Assembly: GCA_036172245.1 (NCBI GenBank)
Contig: JAYWIR010000135.1
Location: 1 to 64,000, forward strand
DNA length: 64,000 nucleotides
Origin: Raillietiella orientalis
Taxonomy: Eukaryota
Reading direction: 5' to 3'
Shown here piece by piece: positions 40,127 to 51,228 of this stretch. The first letter of the stretch is position 1. Each line of letters starts with the position of its first letter. The translations under genes were made by a program, and so were the position numbers. Under the pieces are notes generated by a model. It saw nothing but the letters and a program-made list of their open reading frames with translations, was not told the origin of the DNA and searched no databases.

Positions 40127-43100
40127 TCACGTTCCGCTGGAGACGTCCTCTACATCCTTTGCAGGATGCCGGCAAGTTCAAACTGCATGTGTCCCAGATG
40201 GGTCCATGTGGCTGCCGTCCTCAGGAAGCGCAGGGCGTAGCACAAGATGTCCCTATCGTTCGGTCCACCAGTGGCGGTGCTCCAAGCCGCTACAATCCCT
40301 CGTAGGCAGCAGAGGGCTGCAAGGGCTGCGGCAGGCGAAAGGGCGTCGCGCACGAAGAGGCGCTTTAAAATGTCTCTGGGAGCGTGCAAGGGTGCACCAA
40401 CGGCTGTTGCAAAGCGCAACCACAGGGGCCGGAGGGCAACACAGTCAACGAGCAGGTGCGGGACAGTTTCTCGTTCGCCGCACCTGACACAGTTTGGGTC
40501 CACAACCCCCCTCGTCCAATGAGAGCGGCGGGCGTTGCTGGGGAGTCCCCAGTGCAACACCAGGAACGCCGACTCCTGCCACTTTAGGGGGAGGGCCCGA
40601 GTATTCCTCAGCACTGGGGGCCACTCGAGTTGATCCCGCGGGATGCACAGCAGCTCGCCCCAGCGCAACAGTCCTCTCGGTGGGGAACTTGGGATCGCGG
40701 CATCAGCAAGCTGACCCGTGGTCCAACCACCTTGTTCTTTCTCAGTGTCCCTGATCGTACACCGGACCTCCAACATGGCCGGCTGGCTACTGCCCAGATG
40801 TTCCTTGAGGTGGGACAGAGCTGTGGCAAGGGAGGACCTCTCAGCCCACGCACTCAAGGCGGGCTGCACGATGATGTCCTGCAGCGAGCGGCTCTTATGA
40901 TAGGAGTGCAGCATTCGCTGCCGCAACTCCGGGCTCGCTTCCTCGATCTGGGCCCACGTGCGAAGGCTTTCCTGCAACCAGGAAGTGCCGTTCGCGGGCC
41001 GGCAGGAGATCCAGGTGTTCTTCCTGGTCAGCTTCGCCACTCGCCGAAGAGCCAGTCCGCAGTGGAACAGGTACCGGCGTTTGCGGCGCGCTAGGAAGGT
41101 AGACAGTCCCACGCAGCCGCCGACTCGCTGAACCAGGCATCGTGCAGGCTCGCACCAGCTGGCGCTCCACAACTTCGCCACTAGGGCGATTATTCGGAAC
41201 TGCAGCTGCAGTTCGAGGCGCTCCAGCGTGAGGAGGCCAAGGCCCCCATCGCGACGAGGGGCGCACAAGTCCTTCCAACGCGCGCGGGGCCTTCCTCTGC
41301 CCCAGATGGCGATTCTGAGGAGGTCCTTTGTACGTGTTCTCACACCACATGGTGGGGGACAAACAAAAAGCCAGGAGCGAAACAGGGGGGCCACGAAAGT
41401 GTTTCACAGTACGGCCCGTTCCGGCAAGAAGAACTTGCCATCCAGGAACGGGCCGATCGCTCTCTCGGCCTTTTGGAGGCAGCAAGACCATTGTTCCGCT
41501 GGGGAGTAGTCCCCCAACGGCACACCGAGGTACTTAAGGTACCGTACCGTGGGGATCTTCAAGCGAGACCAGTCTAGCTGCCCTGCCCACGAGGAACCGA
41601 CTGCAACAACGGACGACTTTGCTCTGTTCACCTCGAGTCCTGTCCCGCGACGCAGCAGCTCGAAAAAGTTTTCGACCGCCGACGCCGGGGTGGACATGGG
41701 GAGCAGCAGCAGAAGATCGTCCGCATACGCCGCCAAGGCCGGTGTACCTGAGCACACGCGCGGCAGGCGACCAAGAGTCTCCCTGAATGCCCTCAGCACC
41801 AACTCGAAGTAGGTGCTGAAGAGCAAGGGGCTCAAGCTATCACCCTGCCGTATCCCGCGGCGCACCGGCACACCGAACACGTTCCTTCCCCTGAAAGAAA
41901 TGTTGGTCAGCGCGTCGCGCCAGCAAGATCGCAGAAAGGCCAATAAGGAGGCCGGGAATCCCAAGCGCTCCAGAAGCTCCAGCAGGAGCTCCTGATCGAC
42001 ACTGTCAAATGCTTTCCGCTAATCGACAGCGACCGCGAGGGCCCCTTCTCTCTCCCGACTATCGCGCGAACCACCAGCGGACGTCCCGCAAATCGGGCTG
42101 CCGACCTTGTTCCCTCCATTCATTCTGGTTCTTTGAAGTTCGAACCAGGTGTTCGCGAAGAGCAGGTTGGCGTCCATGCTTCGCCCGGTAACAGCGTAGG
42201 TCTGCTCCGGGCTGATGAAGCTTTCCGCCACCCGCCATATTCGCTCCGACCATAGCTTCGCAACCAGCTTGGCGTCCGCGTTTAGTACGGTAATCGGACG
42301 CCAATTGCTGAGGTTCCGTAAGTCTCCTCCTTTCGGTAGGAGACGCATACGTGCCGATCGGAAGGAGGCGGGAACGTCTCCTGTCTCCCGGATAAGCAGC
42401 GTTAGCCGCTGCACCAGGGGAGCCAGCTCAGCCGCGAAGCACTGAAAAAACTCCGCGGGCAGGCCGTCTTCCCACGGTGACTTTTGCCTTTTGAGCTTCC
42501 CGATTGCGGTGATGATTTCACCCATCGTGAAAGGCTCGTCCAGGCGTACTCTGTCTTCTTCCCCGATCGCCGGGGCACCGTCCGGAAGCAAAAATTGGGA
42601 AAATTCCCGGTCCGGAGGCACCCTGGTGTACAGGGAAGAATAATAGCCGTGCACTAGGCTACTCACCTCTGCCGGGGCCGAGTGCTCTTGGCCTTCGTCG
42701 TCCAGCAGGCTGGGCGACCCCGATTGCCAGGCCTGCCGCTCGGCCCCGGCTTTAAATTCCGCCAGTCTTCGGACGTCTGGTGTTCGGGAGTAACGACGGG
42801 CCTGCAGGTAAGCCCTATTGTTCCGAACACCTTCTCCAAATCCTTTCGGGAGACGGTCCATGGGGAACTGTTGGCAGAACTCTCGCACCGAGACTTTCAA
42901 ATCGTCCCAGTCGTCGAGCGTCTGCAGGCTGAAACCTCGCAAGAATGCGCGGAGGTGTTCCGCTGCGCCTGGGTTGGTCAGCCAGTCCCTCGGTAGACGC
43001 CACGCCTGCGCGGGGGGCCCCCTGTCGCGCGGGCGAATGACGAGTTCCACACGGGAGTGGTCGGAGACTGCGGACTGTATCTTACCTCGCCTGCCCACGC

Positions 43101-43716
43101 GACAGCGCAGATGATCGTCGAGGAAGACGTGGTCCACGCTCCGTTCCATCCCGGTATTCCCGGCTAACAAGTTGGATGCGTGCACCGAAGCGCACATCTC
43201 GTTAACCGGGGTGGCCTCTGTCCTCGCCGCACCTGATAGCAGGCGAATATTAAAATCGCCGGCTATCAGGTGCGCCGTGCGCGCGCCTGCCTCCGACAGC
43301 CAGTCGCGCTTGAACGCACGGAAAAACGCCGTCCGTGCCACGCGCGCGTGACCGCCGCTCGGCGCGTACACGTTCGTGACGACGAGATTGATGGAGTCGG
43401 ACCACCTGAAGGTGATTTGCCCGACCCGACCTGCCTCATCGAAACGAACTTTGCGCACCGCGCGTTGTAAGGCAGGCTTCAGAAGGAAAGCGACCCCGCG
43501 CGTACGGCGGTGGCCGCATCGCCACATAAGCTGACCACCGGCTATCCGTTCGATCTCCCGCGCATGTTCTGCGGAAATCTCATGGATCTCCTGCAGCAGC
43601 ACGAGGTCGAAGGCTTGCAAGGTGGCAGCTATGTCTCGTCTCCTGCCGTCATCGCAAAGCCCGTTGACGTTCCAGCTGGCGATGCGTATTTGACGGCAGG
43701 TGGCGAGTCCCGGCAT
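40127..43716 (-). pseudogene. ORF2 of copy I: endonuclease, RT, zinc finger (~1200 codons; stop at 42019, frameshift near 41400)
   Basis: ORFs 42019-43716, 41404-41964 and 40150-41394 carry all motifs in order. Confidence 0.93.
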
Positions 43717-45320
43717 TACTGCTGGGAAAGTGATGCTGCGTCTTCCGCCTCACCTAGGGGCGCGACGCCGGCTTTCTCCTGTGCGGTGAGGGGCGGCTCG
43801 ACGACCCCCTCCGTCTCCATCGGCTCCGTCTCGACCGATCGTGGGAGTTCAGGACTCGTGTCCATCTCTCCCACGCTCGCCGCACCCTCGTTTCCGGTGG
43901 ATTCCCCTTCCTCGGAGGAGACGATCCTCCTCGGGTTACGGATTTTCCTTCCGGTATTCCTCGGGGTTGCAGATGCGGATGGTGCGTGTCCGGTCTCCGG
44001 GTCCGAGTCCGAGGTCCCGGTCCCCCTCCTCTCGGCCGGACGTCGAACGGCCTTCTTCCCGACCTTTGCGGGATGCTGCTGACTGGCGGCGAGCTCGGCG
44101 GCGGCTTTTGCAAAGCCCACGTCATCGCGGCTCTCCCCCTTGCCTCAGCCTTCGGACGCTGTTTGCACAGCGACGGAGCTGTCAGCGTTGTTGCACACGG
44201 CAACGTCCTGTTCGCACGGCACTTCGGCGTCTGCAAGGCGCTCCAGTACGATCGTGCATTTTTTCAGTCCCTGCTTTTTCGCGGGTTTCGCGGTTTTTGC
44301 AGGGACTTTATTTTTATTATTTACGTCCTTTTTTTCTTTCTTTTTCTTTGGACTGACCTTTTGCCAGCCAGGCTCTTCTCCTTCCACCTCGGTTGCCTGC
44401 GTTTCAGCAGACGGGGTGGTCGGGATGCCCTTTTTGGCTGGCTCCGGGTCAACCGTATTTTCAGACGGCGGCCTGGTCTTGCCAGGCTTCTTGCTCGCGT
44501 TCGTGCCGCTCACGGCAGCAGCCGGCGCGCGCGAAGTCTTTTTGGGGCACACTTCTTCCGTGTGCCCGATTGCCTCGCAATTGCGGCAGGTGATGTTGGG
44601 GCAGCGTTTCTTCACGTGCCCCGTACCATCACAAAACGCACAGTATTTGGGTTTGCCCAGATACCAGATGTCCACAGAATCTCCGTCGACTACTAGTTTA
44701 TGGGGAACCCCAATGTCCTTATTCACAGTCACACGTGCCGCGGCGAGTCCGCTCAGGAGTCCGTCATAAGTACGGAACCTGTTGGGCTTCAGCCACAGCG
44801 CGTGTACGGTGCCGAATTTGCTGAGTTCAGCCCTAACGGCGCTCGGTGACATCCGCACGGTGATTCCACGGAGGTGGACAACTCAATAGTTGTCCACCTC
44901 CGGGACAGGGAAGATCTGGCGGCCCTCGACCCTGACGGGGGTTCGAAGCAGTCTTTGCGCCAACCCTGCTTCTTTGCAGATCAACTCGACATGCTGTCCC
45001 CCGCTGCGGATGGAGAGACCCAGCAGATCCTCCTTGTTAACGTTCAAACGGTGGAGCTCCTTCTCGAAGGAGCGCGCAACACGGTCGTCAAACACCCGGC
45101 CTACCTTATACAGCAGACTCGGGTTGTAGTTGTAGGCCTTGTAGGCCTGGTCCTCGGCGATGGCCGCTGCAGATGGCGCGGCGACCGCGGCGCTGTAGTC
45201 CCTCGCCGGCGCAGGGGACGAAGCTTTCTGGGCAGGTGCCCCTATCTCCATGGGTATGGGGGACGTTCGCCCGGCCCCCACCCCACATTCACTAGTGGTG
45301 GGATCAGGCATTTCTGCCAT
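43716..45320 (-). pseudogene. ORF1 of copy I with two CCHC zinc knuckles
   Basis: CAFCDGTGHVKKRC and CRNCEAIGHTEEVC; frameshift near 44880 and stop at 44145. Confidence 0.9.
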
Positions 45321-46396
45321 CCACCGACCACTGATGCACCGCACTACACCAATAAAGTCGAGTGAGTCAGGAGCGCGCAGAGAACACGTCTGACCGTCGG
45401 CACTGCTGGTGTTGCATTGGGGCCTCCCCTGCAACGCCCGCCGACACCACTGGACGCGGGGGGTGTCAACCCCAATTGTGTCAGGTGCGGGGAGAGCGAA
45501 TACCTCCCCCAGCTGCTAGTGGAATGTGTTGCCCTCCGTCCCTTGTGGGAACCCTTTGCCGCAGCCCTGGGCATCCCCGGAGGCAACCCCAGAGACGCTT
45601 TCGCCCCCTCTTCGTCCGTGACGCCCTGCCTCCAGCGGCCTCGCTTTCAGCCCTGTGCTGCCTACGCGGGATCGTCGTGGCATGGAGCAAAGCGACGGAA
45701 GGATCCAGCGACAGGGATGATAACGTGTATGCCGCCCGTTTCCTCAGGATGGCGACGCGATGGTCCCATCTAGACCACACACGCAGAAAGAGCTTGCCGG
45801 CATCCTCCAGAGGATGACAAACCCTCCCAGCAGACTGTGATCCCTTCCCGCTCCCTCAATGAATTTTGTTTATTTTTTGTTTTCTATTTGTTTCGTTCCC
45901 CCTCCCCACTGCTCCCGAGGTCGACCGCGCCGGTCTGCGCACCGGTAGCCCGGTAAGCTATATCTTTCCAGGGCGTGGCTGGTCTACTGGTCCAGTCACA
46001 GATTGTGTAGGTTTATTCGTGAGAATGAACGTCCCAACGCACCCGGGTTTCAATGGAGATTCCGGAGCGTGACGCCTCTCAGGTATGCGCGAATGTGTTC
46101 CTTCGCACCTGAGAGTCGCGTCCAGTCCCCCGGCAGACGCCAGTCCCTGGATGGCGGTCCCATGTCGCGAGGCCGCATCTCGAAAATTAACCGGGAATGG
46201 TCCGACAACGTTGACGCAACCCTCCCCCGTTTGCCGACCCGTGAACGCAGGTCAGCGTCGAAGAAGACGTGGTCGATGCTGAGCACCATTCCCCTCTCAC
46301 CCGCGAACAAGTTGCGCGCACGCAAGGGGGCGCACAACTCGTTCATCACGTTCACTTGTGTTTCCGGCTCACCTGTTAGCAGGCGGGGATTGAAAT

Positions 46397-49300
46397 ATAT
46401 CACCCGGTCACGCCGGGGCGTTTATTAATAATAATAAACTGGTCAGGGACAATGTCCTCAACCAACAGAACGACAGAGAACATAGAAAAATCACCGGCAC
46501 GCAGGCCTGGTAAACAAACCGCTCGCAGCGTGGGAGGAATGAGGGGAAACAAACAAAAATCAAAAACTGGAGTGAAGGGTAACGGGTTTTTGGTTAGGCT
46601 CCGTACTCACGGGGATTTAAACGATGAGCACCTAAAATGTTTCGGAGCCTATGGGGACGCGGGTATAAAAAGAAAATACAAAATTAGTTTATGGAGGGTA
46701 GGGCAATGATCACCGTGTTGGCCGCTGCTGAGGGTGTATAAACAGGCGGTGTATTGCGGCGAGATTCCTTTTTGTCTCCTCTGTCAAATGAGGCCATCTA
46801 GCGGATGCTCCCATGTAGTAGGATGCTTTGCTGATTACCTCCTGGTGCTGTCCGTTGATTACCAACGCCTGGCGGACGGAAACAACCGCGCGTATGCAAC
46901 CGATGGTTGCAATCCTTGCGCTTAGTGACAGCCCGCTCGGCGTGAAGAATCGTCGAAGCAAGTCTCTTGCGGTGTCAAGGGGATGCATTGATGCTGTTGC
47001 CAGCCTACGCCACACTCCTTGTAGGACACCGCAGTTTAGAAGTAGGTTCCGAATCGACTCCGTCGATCCGCACCGAACGCAGTTCGCAGACGCAAGTCCC
47101 CCGGAGTCACGATGCCAACGCTCGTTGCACTGAAAACCCCAGTGAACGAGAAGCAGCACGGCTTGTTTTGAAGCAAGGGGGAGCAGCGAACTGTCAATAC
47201 ACTGTGGAGGGACTACAAGTTGTTCGGGAGTGACAGCAAGTCCTTCTGCCCACCGGAGGAGTCCCTTTGCAGTAACATGAGGAGTGGCGGCGTCCGCCAA
47301 CTCACTCGTCTTCCAGGCGCAAAGGAGTTCGGTTTATCCCGCTATCGTGCAGCAAACCTCCCACCTCGCCGGTTGGTAACTGTCGTTTCTTGCTCTGGGG
47401 GCAGACAGCGCTGCGGCAAGAGGCGTGACAGCCAGGGTAGAAAACTTCACCTCGTCCTGCAGTACTTCTTCCAAGGATCGTGGAAAAAATTGGCGCAGGG
47501 GCGAAGATCTTCAGAGCGTATTCCTTGGAACGCCGCCCAGGATTCAACAGACTCCTGCCGCCAAGCTTCAAAGTTCATTATGCAGCAGGAGATCCACGAG
47601 TGAGCTTACAGAAGTGCGGTCAACTGCCGCAATGGAAACCCGAAACTCCGCTTCCTGTGTTGACTGCCCGGCAAAAGAGAGAGAAATCCTCCGCTGCCGG
47701 CGCATCTCCGCAGGAGAATGCGGGCTGGCACACACAGGGGGGATGTCCATAGATGGGCACACAGTGCCAGCAGTCGGAACTGCACCTTCAGTCCGATTCG
47801 CTCCGTTGTCAGGATACCCAAACCAGCATCCAGACGCGGAGCTAACAAATCTTTAAGGCGGATCCTGGATCTCGCCGGACCTCAGAGAGCGTTCCTAAGC
47901 AGGCGCTTAGCCCGCTGTTTCGCCGCATAGGGAAAGTCCAAAACAAAAAACCGGGGACGGAGGAGGGGGGCCACAAAGGTGTTCCAAGTAGTCGCTGTTC
48001 CTGCAATGTAAACTTGCCTTCAAAGAACGGGCTGATGGCCAACTTTGCTTTCTGAAGACAGTCCGCCCACGCTTCGGGTGCGCCGAAAGCGCCCAACGGA
48101 ACGCCAAGGTACTTAAGGTACCCGCCCGTGGGGATCCCCAGGCGGATCCAGTCGGACTTCCCCTCCTACGACGTACCCACAGGAACGACCACGCTCTTCT
48201 CTCTGTTCACGCTCACGCCCGCTCCCCGACGAATCAGGTCGAAGAAATGCTCGACACTGGACGCCGGGGTGGACATGGGGAGCAGAAGAAGCAGGTCATC
48301 AGCGTAGGCGGCCACGGCAGGCGTTCCCGGGCAGGAGCTTGGCAAGTGAGACAGCGTCAGCCTGCATGCTCTTAGCACCAACTCAAAGAAGATGCTGAAG
48401 AGCAACGGGCTTAAGCTGTCGCCCTGTCTGATGCCCCTACGAACGGGAATACCATACACGCGGCAGCCGCTGAAAGTAATGCAGGTTAGCGCGTGGCGCC
48501 AGCACGCGCGCAAATACAGCAGGAGTTGCGCCGGGAACTCAAGGCGTTCCATAAGCTCCAGAATCAGCTTCTGGTTTACGCAGTTGAACGCCTTGTGGAG
48601 ATCGACCGCGACGGCCAAGGCATTTGGCGTTCCCTCCTGCCGTCGGCGCCTGTTCTTCTTGCTTGCGGCAGTGACTTTCGCAGCCGCCTGGCTTCGCTGC
48701 GCCACAACTTCCTGCAGCTGCATCCATGTACGCGCGAAAAGGATGTTCGCCTCCATGGATCGTCCCGGAACCGCTTAGGTTTGTTCCGGGCTCAATACAG
48801 ATTCCGCGATACTTCCTAACCGCGCGACCCACAGCTTGGAAAACAACTTGATGTCCAAGTCCACCAAGGTGATCGGAAGCCAGTTGTTAAGTTGACGCAA
48901 GTCTCCGCCTTTCGGCAGGAGACGCACCTTCGCTGAGCGGAAGGAATCCGGGACACACTCGGATTCACTCATATGGGTCGCGAGTCAAAGCATCAAGGGA
49001 ATGAGCTCCACTTCAAAGCACTGTTGAAACTCTGCAGAAAGCCCATCCTCGCCTGGCTCCTTTCGTCTCTTCAGCCCAGCGATGGCTGACGAAAATTCAT
49101 CCGCCGTGAAGGGCTCGTTGAAACGTTCGCGTTCCTCCTCGCCGACAACACGAGCATCCAGAGAGAGGAGTATCTCAGAGAGAATATCCACCGTCGGGGA
49201 TTCCGCGTACAGCGAGGAGTAGTAGCGTCTCACAATGCGGCGTACTTCGGCTGGTGCCGAACATTCCTGGCCCTTGTCGTCCAACAGGCATGCTGCTCCG

Positions 49301-49649
49301 GACTGCCAGACCTGGCGCTCGGCCCTCGCCTTGTACTCTGCGAGACGCCCGACATCCGCGCGTCTCGAAAACGTGCGGGCCTGCAGAAAGTCTCTAATGT
49401 TGGCCACGCCTTCACCGAAACCGCGTGGAAGCCGATGCAAGGGGAATTGGCAGCAGAACTCGCGGATAGATCTTTTGAGATCGTCCCAGTCCGCAAGTTC
49501 TTGAATGGCAAAGCCTCGGAGGTATTTACGTAGATGCTTCGCAGCCCCCGGTTCGCTAAGCCAATTTGCCTCCATCCTCCAGTTTTGCAACGGATGCCCC
49601 GTGCCTGGCGGAAGGATCTCAATCTCCAACCTGTGGTGGTCAGAAAGTC
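46397..49649 (-). mobile_element. 5'-truncated divergent LINE copy H
   Basis: SDH, RT QGDSLSP/YADD, CVRCGSTES; longer 3' UTR; terminus AATAAACGCCCCGGCGTGACCGGGTG-ATAT. Confidence 0.9.
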
Positions 49650-51228
49650 GAAAAAAAAAACAAAGGAAACACAAAAAAAAAAAAAACTCCAAAAAATAAT
49701 AATAATAATACAGATCAAAACGCCACCGTTCCTAAAAAACCCGCGGTCGGGAAACCAAGAATTTCGCCGCGCGAGTCCATAAAGGAATGCCGCGTTACAA
49801 TGGAGCGTGTTCCGTCGATAGAGCGTCGATCGGCGAACGCGACTCCCGCAACCCTCGCGAACGCCGCGGAACCGCTGCAGCAATCCTGCCACAAACGCGC
49901 GAGCAGCAGCGACGAGAAAAACTTCGCGAAGGCGGCGGAGGAACTCGCGGCCACCTTAATGCAGCCGCCTCAGGCTGCAAAGAAGGCCGTCAGACGTCAG
50001 GCGGAAGTTAAGGGCCCGGAAACTTCCGGGTTCGAGGCGGAAGCCGGAAACCCTCCCACCGTCGCCCTTCCGAAGAGGAAGGCGGTCCGGAAGTCGTGCA
50101 ACCCTATGCGCGTTGCTCCCCCTCAGGCTGAGGAGGAGGAGATACGCTCGGATAGCGATCAGGCGATGTCCGCGATGTCACGGGATCCCTCCATCGACAG
50201 CATCCGGTCAGTCCTTCCTATCGACCTCAGTCCGGCTGCAGACGTTATGGTCGTTGCCGAAACGCCACCACCTCAGATGGACAACGTCCAGACGCTTCCC
50301 GAACAGCAGAAGGCAATACACACGCCACCACCATCACTAGTATGATGCGTGGAATCGCCTCTTGCCGGCAGCTGCGTATAGCCTGTTGGAATGTCAACGG
50401 GCTGCGTAGCGAAATCAAGAGGCGTAGCGTGGGCGACACCCTGCGACCTTTCGATCTGGCACTTCTTTAACAGGTGCATGCCCTCAGAGCAGAGGACGTT
50501 CAGGAAATCGAGAGGCTCACAGGAGAGAGGCTACTTTGGCGTGGTGGAGGAGAACACTCCCGCAAAGTGGCCTTATTGCTGAAGCCGGCCGTCGCCAATG
50601 CGGTGCGCAGTGCACAGTTCGACGAGAAATGTCGACTCGGACGACTTGTCCTTAAGTGGTCCGAATCGATCAACCTCGTAGTCACGAACCTGTACGCGCC
50701 CTGCACCAGCCACAGGCGCGCCGAACGCACTGCGTTCTTCGAAACCCTGCGGCGAGACTGGCTGGTCGAAGCAGGTGTGCGGCGGGCGCATCTGATATCG
50801 GGAGAATTCAACGTCCGACTGCTATCGGAACCGCTCGACATACGAGCACAATTGGTCAACGAGTTCTGTGCGGCTATGCACACACGCAACTTGTTGGCCC
50901 ATAAAGCCGGGGCGAGAAGCAGAATCGACCACGTGTTCCTCGATAACCACTTGTGTACGCGGGTGGCGACTGGAGGAGCAATTGCGTCGGAGCTGTCCGA
51001 TCACCCTCGGCTAGTGATTAACATTCATCCGCGTGACAGAGGTCTACCCTCCGAAGCGTGGCGCCTGCCGGGGGACTGGTTGCGGCTCGCAGGAGCGCGC
51101 GAACATCTGCGCGCATTCCTGCGTAGTTGCGAAATGCAGACTCTCGCTAACTGAGACAAAATGAAACGCTCAGTCCGAGAGTTCTGTGACCAGTTTCCCC
51201 TCCATCAACTTCCTCCAGGTTTCGGCGA
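49650..51228 (+). mobile_element. LINE subfamily F fragment (ORF1 C-terminus and endonuclease)
   Basis: KECRVTMER, AAEELAA, KKAVRR; EN ORF 50474-51154. Confidence 0.88.

Larger units (their letters stand above)
39901..45395 (-). mobile_element. Full-length LINE copy I (~5.5 kb) with a 12 bp TSD; least degenerate copy
   Basis: TSD GTCGGCACTGCT at 39889-39900 and 45396-45407; both terminal motifs present. Confidence 0.95.
35034..46053 (+). mobile_element. Full-length LINE copy B2 with a perfect 17 bp TSD, interrupted by copy I
   Basis: TSD TGGAGATTCCGGAGCGT at 35017-35033 and 46054-46070; ORF1 35116-36756; ORF2 36756-39900 plus 45408-45840. Confidence 0.95.
32024..46396 (-). mobile_element. 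LINE copy D2 (pieces 32024-35033 and 46054-46396), host of B2
   Basis: RT, zinc finger and terminus AATGAACGCCCCGGGCGTACCCGGGTG-ACAA; reading frame GVTLRNL continues across the B2 TSD. Confidence 0.9.

Noticed and set aside
49650..49712. A-rich tract as a poly(A) tail
   Set aside because: It corresponds to the Lys/Asn-rich part of subfamily F ORF1 (compare 62790-62875) and has no terminal motif upstream.
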